Positions 42,975 through 54,092 of a stretch of DNA of 64,000 nt are shown here, piece by piece (the stretch's first letter is position 1; every line of letters starts with the position of its first letter). Location of the stretch: the NCBI GenBank assembly GCA_040766005.1, contig JAXGRI010000011.1, positions 15,292-79,291 on the forward strand, given 5' to 3'. A program made the position numbers and the translations under genes. The stretch comes from Flexilinea sp. (GTDB lineage Bacteria > Chloroflexota > Anaerolineae > Anaerolineales > Anaerolineaceae). Under the pieces are notes generated by a model that had not been told where the DNA came from, did no database searches, and saw only the letters and a program-made list of their open reading frames with translations.

Positions 42975-44599
42975 GCAGATCATAAAATTGTACGGGCTGG
43001 GAAATCTGGGCATCAATAAACTCCGCTACAGTAAAAACAGCTCGGAAAAACTTCGTTCCATTGGCATTCCGCTGATCATTTTGTTGAGCGTTGGGATGCA
43101 ACTGGTCAGTTTTTATGAATTGATCAGAAATCTGGCGTTGATGCTGCGCATACCCGCTTTGGCCCATTTCATTTTTACCGCGCTGGGTGCTGGCGCATGG
43201 ATGATCGGGCTGACGATCAATTTTTTTGGCGGCAGCGGCATCGTGTTTAATGGCAAAGATTTGCCGCAGTGGTTTTCCCTGCCGGTAAAGACGGAATCGA
43301 TTCTGACAGGCAGGACGCTCATCCTTTACTTGTGGACGTTGGCGGTCGAGGTGTTTCTTTTCCCGATCTTTCTGATCCAATATGCCCGGATAGGCGGACT
43401 TACACCGTTGAACCTTGTCTTGACGATTGTTTTTATCCTTTTTCTCCCTGTTGTTCCGACAATCATCGGGTTGCTTCTGAGCCTTGGGATGAACCGGCTT
43501 TTTGGACGGAGAGCAATTACGCAGCGCAGTAAGACATTTCAAATAGCTTTTATGGTCGTTTTGATGGTGTTTATCTTCGTTTTCATCTTTTTGATGCCAA
43601 ATGAATTGTTCCGCCAGGCGGTTTTTGGGATTTTGAAAATGTTCGCTCGGGTCAATTGGTTTGCAAATCTGTTTGCGGACGTTGTCGTTTATGGAAAGAT
43701 TTCCTCATTTCTTCTGATAGTATCGGTTTCACTTGTTGCTTTCCTGATCTATCGCTGGTGGTTCGGAAAACATTTTCGCCGTATCTATGAGGATCAGAAT
43801 GCGGTTGGCATTCAAAAAAGAACGGGCGTCTTCAGCTTCAAAAAGTCTGCGCCATTCATGGCGTTGTTCAGGAGGGAGATCACCCGTTATTTTTCTTCCG
43901 GTATAGTTGTCATCAATTCGATCCCGGGATTGATTCTTATCACATTGTTCAACGTTGCCCTGTTGTTCAAGCCCGAGATATTGGAAACATTGAATATGAT
44001 TCCGGCGGGAGTGCGCCCGGACTCGCTGCTGATTCCGGCTTTGATGATCACGATCATGATTGGCATGACGGATATCACAGCGTTTTCGATTTCTTTGGAG
44101 GGGAAATCATTTCCGTTGCTGAAGAATTATCCGGTACCAATCAACGCAATTTTTTCGGCGAAAGCCGCGCTTCCTTTCAGTTTCAGCCTGGCAGCATTGC
44201 TGATTAATCTGCCGTTGTTCGCCGCAAATTTTTCACTTTCTACGGTTGATCTGGCGATATGTTTTGCATTGGGGATTTCCTATGCATTGTTCATTCCGTT
44301 GTACGGTTTGCTGGTTAACCTGCTGTTTCCAAAATTTGACTGGGAGAATGAAACGATCGTGGTGAAGCAGAGCATGGCATCATTTTTCGGAGTAATGGGC
44401 GGGATGATGCTTGGTTTTGGCACCGATGGCGTTATGGGGTTTACGCTTGCCCTTGCGAACTGGATTGATTGTGGTTTCAGGCGTATTCTTCCTGCTGTTT
44501 GCAAGCGGCTGGACTGATTTTGCGCTATTGGGGAATTCGGCGTTTTCAGGAAATATAAAGAAAATTGCTGGTTGCAATCAGGTAAAATCATGTATATGA
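42961..44599 (+). CDS. ABC-2 type exporter permease (3' end frameshifted)
   Basis: Many TMs; SISLEGKSF..LK..P, PKFDWENE..VVKQS. Confidence 0.85.
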
Positions 44600-44623
44600 A
44601 ATCTTTCTCTTTTTCAGGAATCA

Positions 44624-46302
44624 TTGCCTGAACTTCCGGATTGGATGCAGATTTTGTTCTCGGCTGATGATGTCGGAGGGATAGAAATCCGCAATCATTT
44701 TTTTGACCTCTATATTCGCCGAATTGAAGTTTGGCTGAATGGCAGGCGGGCTGAATGGCGGTTTCCGCAAGATGGACAATCGCTTCCGTTCCTTTGGAGA
44801 ATGGGCGCCCCGCTGCGCTTATCAATCAGTGAACCTGTCAGTCGACAGCAAAATATACATGTGATGGTGAGCACAGATGAAGCGGGAACGCTTTTTTCAG
44901 CAGCCAACCTGCACGGCCTGAAACGCCAGTTTCACATTATAAACAGTCTTTGCTGGATGTTTTTCAGCGCGAGTACACAGTTGACGTGATTGTCGATTCG
45001 CGGCAGGTGGTCGGTAAACGCAGCGAATTGAAACTGGGTTTTGCCCTTTTCCCTTTTGAGAAAACAGAGGACGCGTCAGTGGTTTGACCCTGTGGCGGGC
45101 GAGATGAAGCCGGCTGTGCTGCGGATGGTGAAAGATTTATCGCCTCAGTTGTTGGGCGCACGGGTACATGAGTCTGATAAACCAGAGCGGTTGATCGCGT
45201 TTGCGCGCGCCTGCGCCGGGTTGGAAAGCGGAGCCTTATTTCAAGTTTCAGCAGATTGATCGCGTTTCGATATGGGTTTTAGAGGCAATAGAGCTCTTTT
45301 CTCAGCTTGCGGCAGAGAAAAGCTGGTGGCATACTGAAGATAATATCTTGATTTTTCATGGCCGGAGGCGCTTTCAGCCAGGATTGCATTGCGTGCGACC
45401 GGCTTCTGGCGCAGCTGCGGGAGCGGGGAATCCGTTGTAAGGTGATTGGCAGAACAGGCAGCCGGATACCGCGGAACGACCAGCAGATTCAGCGGAGGAT
45501 GCTGATTTCGCCGGGATTTCTGGGTTTCGCCCGGGACGGCAGAGCTGGATTACCGGCATGCCAACGCGCAAAGAGAACTGGCGTCCGCGCTGCCTGTCAA
45601 GTTTGAACGGGCTATTCGTGCAAATGCGGTTGGTGTGGGCGAGTTGCGGTCTTCTAAACCGTTGGCTGTTGCGCCATTGTCCTATTTTCGTTCGCCCGAT
45701 TTGCCAGCTGAAAAATACCGGATGAATCCATCGAAAATTGATGCGTTTTATTATGCAGGCGTGATTAATGCTATTTTACGGAATTCGGGCAAGGTGGCGT
45801 TGGCGCTGCTTGGGCCGTTGATGGGCGAAGGCGGCATCATACAGAGCTCCGAAAAAACGTTCTTCCCTTCCGCACTGTTTTCGCTGTTGCAGCTTTATCA
45901 GGATACTCAGGAATTTGTGCTTGGAACACCCGTATCTTTTCAAAAGCAGATCCCGATGATGGTTAAGGTGGTATCCCTGCCGTCGTAGAAGCGCAGACAA
46001 TTCCGATGACGGATGTTTTTGCCTCGCGTTCAGCCAGCGCGGACAAATTATTTTTACTGGTAATGAACCGTCATCCGCGGAAACGGGCACTTGTGAAGGT
46101 CAGTTTCTGCGGGTTTGATCCAATGCGACCACTGCGTACGAAGGTGTTGCGCAGCTCAGGCGACGACGCAAAATTCAGCTTCGGTTATCCGGAAAATGTA
46201 CGTTGCGGTATCGTGAATATGCCGAAGTATAAAATGATGGATCACGTGAATCTGGATATTCCGGCAGCGGGGATAGCTATGTTGCTGGAAATGACAAGCT
46301 GA
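44624..46302 (+). CDS. Degenerate GH51 alpha-L-arabinofuranosidase-like protein with an extra N-terminal domain (many frameshifts)
   Basis: Fragments follow GH51 order: VIVDSRQVVG, MKPAVLRMVKDL, DAFYYAGVINAILRN..KVALA, C-terminal LFLLVMNRHP..FGYPENV..IPAAGI. Confidence 0.55.
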
Positions 46303-46510
46303 TCAGGGGCGGCGCAAGGTATTGCTGCTACTCAGTACGAGCTTTAGTCCGATATTTGATAATCCGCGGTTTTTGGCATTTGGAAGCCGGATTAATCAAG
46401 CAGCATTCATGGCGGATGTTTCGGTAGAAAGACACTTCTTTGATTATACTGTCATTTGAACCGGAAGATTCCGGCAAACTCGCGATTTTGAATAAGGGAA
46501 GCAAATCTTT

Positions 46511-47037
46511 ATGATCGATGTAAATGAATTAAAGAAAGGTGACGTTTGAATTGGACGAGAGGAACTGCTGAAGGTTCTGGAATACGAACATAATAAGACA
46601 GGGCGTGGAAACGCGAATATAAAGTCAAAGCCCGCAACCTGCTGGGCTCGATTAATGAGAGCGCACTTTCAATTCGGGGAACCGGGTTCAGGATGTCCGG
46701 CTGGATTTTGTCGCCAATATCTGTATCCTTTGTTGGCGATTACGGTAGCGTTGCAACACGACAGCCGGTTATGCGTCGGCGTTATGAAGGATGTGACCTT
46801 ATCTGAAACTGAAGATCGGCTGACGCTATGAAATGAAATCATCGATTATGAATTGCCGTTGACGGTGGATCTAAAAGTGGTTCAGGCAGACGTCGCGGTT
46901 CGCGGTGACACCGCTACCGGCGTGTCAAGCAGGTTACTGTGGAAACCGGTGCGCGCATCAGCGTCCCCAACTTTGTCAGCGAAGGTGATACCATTCGGGT
47001 AAACACCTCGACAGGCGAGTATCTAACTCGCGTCTGA
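46511..47037 (+). CDS. efp: Elongation factor P (heavily indel-damaged consensus)
   Basis: [71 protein letters not shown]-stop. Confidence 0.93.
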
Positions 47038-47059
47038 TTTTCTGATATAAAATTCTGAT

Positions 47060-47093
47060 TAAAAAAGCGCTGAATAAGTTCAGCGCTTTTTTA
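47060..47093. terminator. Bidirectional intrinsic terminator
   Basis: AAAAAAGCGCTGAA-TAAG-TTCAGCGCTTTTTT between efp and ygeW. Confidence 0.9.
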
Positions 47094-47110
47094 TCAAACC
47101 TGTTGAGCGA

Positions 47111-48311
47111 TTAACCGAGGAACCGCTTCGGCTTTTCCGCTAACAACCGTTCAAATACGGCGATCGGATCTTTCACCTTGCTCAAAACCATCATTGCAGC
47201 GATGATATACGGCTTGTAGCCGGCTTCTTTATAAAGCGGCACGATAGCGGTCAAAAAACGGATGCTTCAACTTCGCCTTTTTTTGCAGGAAACACCGGTG
47301 ATGTCGGCGAAGCCAGTGCATATACGCTTTGCCGTTTTTTGCTGGATTTAATCAGTTGTTCGGTGCATTCCCAATCATAATGGTTGGCATTCTGTGGAAG
47401 AGCAGTTCGCGTTCAAGCGCAGAGAGTACGCATCAATCCTGCGGCATTCCATAGAGGTCGGTTCGTTTTTCCATCGCTGCAAATGGCGCCCAGCTCCTTC
47501 GGATAGACGATATCGGCGTTTTCGAATGCCTCTGCTACCATTGAGTTGGTCTTTGTGAATTTTCCACCTGTTTTTGTGCGTTCTTCACGGAAACTTCTTC
47601 CACTTCAGGCATCTCTTCGTATCCTTCAGGTGTGCCAGGACGACGTCCATGCCGAAACAGGTCATCAAGCCAATTACGCCTTGCGGAACGGAAAGCGGCT
47701 GCCGCGCTGGGAAGTACGCCCAGGTCACCGCCCGATTTTCTTCCCCTTCAGTTCTCAACGCCGCCGAATGTGTTGATGATGTGCAGCATGTCAGACATGC
47801 TCTGAGTCGGATGATCAATATCGCGTTACGAAGTTCACCAGCGTTGGGCGCTGTTCAAGAACACCTTCTTTATGTCCATCGCGTACGGCGAGCTTTGCTG
47901 ACTTCGGCGCATATAGGTATTGCCCTTGCCGATGTATATCGTCGCGGATTCCGATAATATCCGCCATAAAAGAGATCATGTTTTGCGGTTTTTCACGTAC
48001 GGTTTCACCATGAGCAATTTGTGATTTACCCTCATCCAGATCCTGCACTTCCAACCCCAACATGTTCGCCGCGCTGGCGAAGCTGAAGCGGGTGCGGGTA
48101 GAATTGTCGCGGAACAGCGAAACAGCCAGTCCGCTGGCAAACAGGCGGGTGAAATGTTATCTTCACGCAGGCTGCACCGGCAGATCCGCCATAAGAAGGT
48201 TGCCATCACTTCATCGTCCGATTTTTCCCAGGTAAGCAGGAAATCGTCGTCATACATATTGGAGAAATTCAGATTTTTCGTCTCAAGTATTTTTGATTCA
48301 TTAGCAGACAT
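47111..48311 (-). CDS. ygeW: Knotted carbamoyltransferase YgeW (frameshifted)
   Basis: DFLLTWEKS, FRDNSTRTRFSFASA, DLDEGKSQIAHGETVRE, IGIRDD, LSVPQG, YKEAGYKPYIIAAM. Confidence 0.88.
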
Positions 48312-48335
48312 CGATCCTCCGTTATATTGTTGATG

Positions 48336-49545
48336 TTATTTCGCGTACTTGCTGGCGTATAAATTTTAGAACTGCGGCGTACATTGCAGCAGCTTTGACC
48401 AGGTGACTGATCCAGGTTTTTTCGTTGGGAGCATGTGCTTCTTCTTCAGCGCTTGGTCCAGAAACGGCTTGGGGATGCCATAGCGACCCATGATTGAAAC
48501 GCCATTGGTTGAGAAGGTCATTTGTCCGACCAGCGGTTTCTGCGAAAACCCCTCACAGAGCGTCAACCAGTGTTTTGGTTGCTTCATGATCTTCAGGAAT
48601 AACCCAGGTCGGGAAATAGCATTCGGTGGGATATTCCAAACCGGTCCATGACGGCCGTTCGTAGGTATAGAGAGATACGTCAGCATTGGCAGCCTTGACG
48701 CCGGGCAGATTTTTGATTTCCTGAATTGCAGATTCCCAGGTTTCTCCATCGGTTAGGCGGCGGTCGAGTGAGATAGTGCAGCCGTCAGCGACAGCACAAC
48801 GGGAGGGTGTCGTGCAGAAAATTTCGGAAATAGTAACAGTACCTTTACCCAAGAATGGATCATAATGCAGATTTTTCGTTCAGTGCGTACTTCTTCGATG
48901 ATTTGAGCCATTTTGTAGATCGCGTTGTCGCCGCGTTCTGGTGCGGAACCGTGGCAGCTGATACCATGCGTATGAACTTTGATTTCCATCCGGCCGCGGT
49001 GGCCGCGATAAATGCGCAGGGATGTCGGTTCGGTGATCAGCACAAATTCAGGGCGGATCTTGCTTTCTTCGATGATGTATTGCCAGCAGAGGCCGTCGCA
49101 ATCTTCTTCCTGAACAGAGCCAACGACCAACAGGGTGTAATCATCTTCCAGCCCGAGGTCTTTGATGATCTTACCGGCGTAAACCATGGAGACCATTCCG
49201 CCTTCCTGGTCTGAACCGCCACGGCCGTAGATTTCATCGCCAATAACTTTGGGTTCATAAGGACCGGTAACCGTCCAGTTTTTAATCTCGCCGACACCGA
49301 CATTGTCGATATGGGCGTCCATGGCGATCAGATGTTTGCCGTGTCCGATTGTACCGATGATGTTGCCCATTGGATCAATTTCAACTTTATCAAAGCCGAC
49401 TTTTCCATCTCTTCTTTAATCGGTAAATCACTTCTTTCTCATTACAGGATTCGCTAGGGAGTGCGATCAGGTCACACATAAACTTGGTCATATCTTCGGC
49501 GTAGCTTTCTGCTTTTGCCTTAATGGCCGTAAAATCAATGCTCAT
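48336..49545 (-). CDS. ygeY: YgeY-family M20 metallohydrolase (frameshifted)
   Basis: [72 protein letters not shown]. Confidence 0.9.
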
Positions 49546-49861
49546 TCTTTTCCTCCGAGTATTCCGATCATCATTCTTTATGGTTTTATCACAAAAAAGA
49601 AGTTGTCTTACAATTAAAAATTGATCTGCCAGTATTGTACACTAAGTGATGTTTATTATCTACTATTTTTAGTAAAGTCGTTGTACTTTTAATTGTATGA
49701 CAATCTTCATTGACTGGTTGTTCATTAGGGCTGGCTTGTCCAGGGATGTGATTCGGGCGGTTGGCGCTTGAATCGTAGAAATTTATTAATATATCTGTTT
49801 GCAGGAAATCAAAAACCTTCCACTGGTATAATCTTACTGTGTATTACAGGAGGGACATTAC

Positions 49862-51718
49862 GTGAAACAACGCGGCCAAATCAACATCGTTTATATGCTA
49901 TTAATGGTAGGGATTATCTCCCTGCTTTTGTATTCATTCACGGAAAACCGTTCGTCAAGCAGCCTGATCTCAGTTAATCAATTAGCGGATCAGATTAAAA
50001 ATGGAACAGTTGCCCATCGAGTCAATTCGACGAACGTTGATGTCCTGTATAAAGACCGCTCAACGGCGAAGTCGACGATTGAACAGAAGAGTTCACTGTT
50101 GGAACAATTGACGCTTTTGGGCGTGACTCCGGAACAGCTTTCCTCTGAAAAAATTGATATCAAGATCAAGGCGGATTCCAGTTGGAATGGAATTTTCTCC
50201 ATCTTGAGTTATTTGCTGCCAGTGCTTTTCCTCGGTGCGGCGATGTATTTCATCTTTCGCCAAACACAGGGCGGTGGAAATTCCGCGCTTTCATTTGGGA
50301 AATCACGGGCAAAAATGTTTGAAGGGGATCATCCGACCGTCACGTTTTCTGATGTGGCTGGAGTGGATGAATCCAAGGAGGAGCTGCAGGAAATTGTTGA
50401 ATTCCTGAAAGAGCCGCAGAAGTTTACCAGTCTGGGCGCGCGCATTCCCAAGGGCGTCTTGCTGGTGGGGGCTCCGGGTACCGGGAAGACGCTTCTTGCC
50501 AAAGCTGTTTCCGGCGAAGCTGGCGTACCTTTTTTCTCGATCAGCGGATCCGAATTTGTTGAAATGTTCGTTGGCGTTGGCGCCAGCCGCGTCCGTGACT
50601 TGTTTGATCAGGCGAAGAAAAACAGCCCGTGCATTATCTTTATTGATGAAATCGATGCTGTCGGCAGGCAGCGCGGCGCCGGCTTGGGCGGCAGCCATGA
50701 TGAGCGCGAACAAACCCTCAACCAGATGCTGGTGGAGATGGATGGTTTTGAAACGGACACAAATATTATCATTATCGCGGCGACCAACCGTCCGGATATT
50801 TTGGATCCGGCGCTGCTTCGACCGGGTCGGTTTGATCGTCAGGTCGTTCTGGATCGCCCGGACGTGAACGGGCGGGAAGCAATCCTGAAAGTTCACTCCA
50901 AGGGGAAACCGCTGGATCCGGACGTTGACTTAAAAGCGCTTGCCCGCTTTACGCCCGGGTTTGTTGGCGCTGATCTTGAAAATCTGATGAACGAAGCAGC
51001 AATTCTTGCAGCGCGCCGCAACAAATCCAGCATCAGTAAATCCGAGATGGAAGAGGCTGTTGAGCGGGTGATTGCCGGACCGCAAAAGAAAAGCCGCCTT
51101 CTTTCTGAAAAAGAAAAGATGATTATTGCTTACCATGAAGCTGGACATGCGATGATAATGACGGTTATTCCGGAAGCGGATCCGGTTCATAAAGTGACAA
51201 TTATCGGTCGCGGATCCGCTGGCGGGTATACCATGCATCTGCCTGAGGAAGACCGTGTGCTGATGTCGCGCAGGCAAATTTATGCAGAAATGGTCAGTTT
51301 GCTTGGCGGCAGGGCGGCGGAAGATCTGATGTTTGATGATATTACCTCCGGTGCATCGAATGATATCGAACGCGTGACGAATCTGGCGCGCAGTATGGTA
51401 ACTCGGCTTGGAATGAGCGATTCTATGGGCCCGATCGTTTATGGAAAGAAAGATGAAATGATTTTCCTGGGACGTGAAATCTCCGAACAGCGCGATTACT
51501 CTGAGTCGATTGCAGAAAAGATTGATCAGGAAGTTCGCCGGATTGTGGAAGAGTGCTACGATAAGGCAAAATCAATTTTGAACGAATATAAAAGCGCGTT
51601 GATTGAAGTCGCCACTAAACTGATTGAAGTTGAAACGCTTTCCAAAGAAGATTTTGAGGCGATTTTCCCGCCTCCGACTGAAAAACGATCCTCGACACCG
51701 AATTATTTGGAAGCCTGA
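49862..51718 (+). CDS. ftsH: ATP-dependent zinc metalloprotease FtsH
   Basis: Two TMs, [20 protein letters not shown] ([19 protein letters not shown]), HEAGH, GASNDI; TGGTATAAT upstream at 49824-49832. Confidence 0.98.
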   Translation: MKQRGQINIVYMLLMVGIISLLLYSFTENRSSSSLISVNQLADQIKNGTVAHRVNSTNVDVLYKDRSTAKSTIEQKSSLLEQLTLLGVTPEQLSSEKIDIKIKADSSWNGIFSILSYLLPVLFLGAAMYFIFRQTQGGGNSALSFGKSRAKMFEGDHPTVTFSDVAGVDESKEELQEIVEFLKEPQKFTSLGARIPKGVLLVGAPGTGKTLLAKAVSGEAGVPFFSISGSEFVEMFVGVGASRVRDLFDQAKKNSPCIIFIDEIDAVGRQRGAGLGGSHDEREQTLNQMLVEMDGFETDTNIIIIAATNRPDILDPALLRPGRFDRQVVLDRPDVNGREAILKVHSKGKPLDPDVDLKALARFTPGFVGADLENLMNEAAILAARRNKSSISKSEMEEAVERVIAGPQKKSRLLSEKEKMIIAYHEAGHAMIMTVIPEADPVHKVTIIGRGSAGGYTMHLPEEDRVLMSRRQIYAEMVSLLGGRAAEDLMFDDITSGASNDIERVTNLARSMVTRLGMSDSMGPIVYGKKDEMIFLGREISEQRDYSESIAEKIDQEVRRIVEECYDKAKSILNEYKSALIEVATKLIEVETLSKEDFEAIFPPPTEKRSSTPNYLEA

Positions 51719-51738
51719 CCTGAAATCGTAAGTTTTTT

Positions 51739-52647
51739 ATGAACAAACGGAAAATTAATTTATCTGTATTGCTTTTTATCAGTTCTGTTCTGGTGATTCT
51801 GGCAGCGTTTTGGTTGTTCCCGGATTTGACGACCGCAGAAATTGATCAACAGCGAATCTTTTCTTATCTTAAAAAACAGATGGAGTTCGGTCCGCGTATC
51901 CCGATGACAGCGGGACACGCGGATTTTGTTAACTGGGCGAGTGGGGAATTTGCAGAAAATCAATGGAATGTTACCCATCAGAAAGGAAAATATCAAGACA
52001 AGGAAATCATCAATATCATCGCGTCTCGTGACGGCACGGGTTCCGATGACCAGCCATGGCTGCTGATTGGTGCGCATTATGACACAAGGACGTTTGCTAC
52101 GTCCGAAGCGGATCCGGAAAAACAAAAAATGCCGGTGCCGGGCGCTAACGATGGCGCTTCCGGTGTTGCGGTGCTGATGGAACTGGCTAATACGCTCCCG
52201 CGGGATTTGGATAAAAAAGTGTGGCTGGTCTTGTTTGATGCAGAGGATCAGGGCGATATTCCCGGATGGGATCACTGGTGCCTGGGATCAACGCTGATGG
52301 CGAAAGAATTCGACGCAAAAGGGCATAAACCGGATGCGGTCGTAATTGCGGATATGATCGGAGATAGCGACCTGCAGATTTATCGCGAGAACAATTCGGA
52401 CCCGAACCTTACCAATGAAATTTGGGCGCTTGCCGCCGACCTGGGTTATCAAGACGTGTTCATTGACAAGCCGAAGTACAGCATTTATGACGATCATATT
52501 CCATTTTTGAAAATCGGGATCCCTGCTGTTGATCTGATCGATTTCGATTACCCTGCCTGGCACACGCTGGAAGACGATTTGCACAATGTGTCTGCGGAGA
52601 GTCTGGCTGCGGTGGCGCAGGTTTTGGCTGCGTGGATCAAACAGTAA
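51739..52647 (+). CDS. Membrane-anchored M28-family enzyme, type II glutaminyl-cyclase-like
   Basis: N-terminal TM; FGPR, GAHYDTR, PGANDGASGVAVLME, FDAED, DMIG, DDHIPF, WHT..D. Confidence 0.8.
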   Translation: MNKRKINLSVLLFISSVLVILAAFWLFPDLTTAEIDQQRIFSYLKKQMEFGPRIPMTAGHADFVNWASGEFAENQWNVTHQKGKYQDKEIINIIASRDGTGSDDQPWLLIGAHYDTRTFATSEADPEKQKMPVPGANDGASGVAVLMELANTLPRDLDKKVWLVLFDAEDQGDIPGWDHWCLGSTLMAKEFDAKGHKPDAVVIADMIGDSDLQIYRENNSDPNLTNEIWALAADLGYQDVFIDKPKYSIYDDHIPFLKIGIPAVDLIDFDYPAWHTLEDDLHNVSAESLAAVAQVLAAWIKQ

Positions 52648-52673
52648 TCTTTTGTGAAATGTATCAGAAATGC

Positions 52674-54038
52674 TCAGGTCTTCTTTTTTAGTGGATACAG
52701 AACAAAAAATAATCCTGCGAAGAATGCCTGATAAAAAGAGACAGTGAGACGAAATCTGGGATAAGTGCCATACCCATTGGGGCCGGAACTGATTAGAAGA
52801 AAATAAAGAAAGATTCCTGCCATTGCGACAAAAACAATTGGTGGACTGATTTTTTTAATCGAACCGAAAATTCCAAAGCACATACAAATAAATATGATTC
52901 CCAGAAGGATAATATTTAATACTGTCAAAATGCCAGCTGGATTTGTTACAAATGATTGAATTGCACCTTTGAAACCAGAATTAAGGAATGAGTTTTTGAC
53001 AATATCGATAAAATTTAATCCATCCGGGCTTAATCTTATAATATCAAATATGCTTGGATAGAAAAGTATGAGAGTTGTTCCTTTTATTGTTAGAAGCGCA
53101 AATAAGGGCAAATTACTTAAAATAGTATCTTTTGCAAGCGAAAATTCAGCTTCTTGCAAGGACATTACCTTAGTCAGATCTTGTAATGCTTGATCCTTTT
53201 TTAAATTATCCTGTTCAGTATAGAAGTCGGTTCCATTATTAATCGCATTAATTCCAGCGGTATGATAATAATAAAGATTATGCGAACTAATTGCAGAAAA
53301 ACCTCGAAAGCCGGTTAAGTTTTGATTTCTGATCTGCCATAAAGATGCTGGAAGATAGCACGTGAAAAGTAGAATGCCAATGGCGTAAAAACTTTTGCGG
53401 TATTTTTTTTGGAACGATAAATGAATAAAGACACCAATCGCGAGACATACCGGTAAATACAAGCTGACAGGACGTACGAAAAAGCCAAATGCAAACAAAA
53501 TCGCTGCAACGAACAGATTGGTAAAACTTCCTTTCTTTAAAAAGGCGACAAAAAAGAAAGATGCGATCCATAACAGTGATTGGAAAAGTGAATCACTTAG
53601 AATAAATCCTGAGAAATAAACATCATGTAAATTTACAGAAGCGAGTAGCCCGCCAATCAACGCTGCCTTTCTGTTTTCAGTCAAATCAAGGATCAAATTA
53701 TAGAGTAAAAGTACTGATAGAATATTTAGTAATACTTGGATGATAATGACTATTTCAACCCAATATGACAGCGAGATGGAAATGAAAAGGGCTAAAAACA
53801 ATGGATACCCTGGGGTCCTGATAATTTCCGGAATCCCTTCATTGTTCAGGAATTGTCCGATTGTTGCAATCGAGTTTGCGGGATGAATATATGTTTCTGA
53901 ATCCGGATAAAAACCCGTGCTGATTTCAGTAGAGAAATTCATTGGGCCAACTAAGAAATAGAAGAAAAGGATTCGGATGCCTATTGTGATTCCTAGAAGC
54001 AACAATTTTCCTTTATCTTGCGTTAGTAACGTTTTCAT
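52674..54038 (-). CDS. ArnT/PMT-like (GT-C) polytopic glycosyltransferase, AT-rich
   Basis: PDSETY..A, RTPGYPLFL, ILSDSLF, VRP, WQIRN, PRFR. Confidence 0.75.
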   Translation of the reverse strand: MKTLLTQDKGKLLLLGITIGIRILFFYFLVGPMNFSTEISTGFYPDSETYIHPANSIATIGQFLNNEGIPEIIRTPGYPLFLALFISISLSYWVEIVIIIQVLLNILSVLLLYNLILDLTENRKAALIGGLLASVNLHDVYFSGFILSDSLFQSLLWIASFFFVAFLKKGSFTNLFVAAILFAFGFFVRPVSLYLPVCLAIGVFIHLSFQKKYRKSFYAIGILLFTCYLPASLWQIRNQNLTGFRGFSAISSHNLYYYHTAGINAINNGTDFYTEQDNLKKDQALQDLTKVMSLQEAEFSLAKDTILSNLPLFALLTIKGTTLILFYPSIFDIIRLSPDGLNFIDIVKNSFLNSGFKGAIQSFVTNPAGILTVLNIILLGIIFICMCFGIFGSIKKISPPIVFVAMAGIFLYFLLISSGPNGYGTYPRFRLTVSFYQAFFAGLFFVLYPLKKKT

Positions 54039-54092
54039 GAAAAAATTCTTTTTATAATTATTGGATGTGATGCTTCTGGTCAAGGGCATAAA

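Noticed and set aside
46511-47037. efp as a pseudogene
   Set aside because: N- and C-terminal motifs are intact, and it lies in the most error-dense stretch, where ygeW and ygeY are damaged in the same way.
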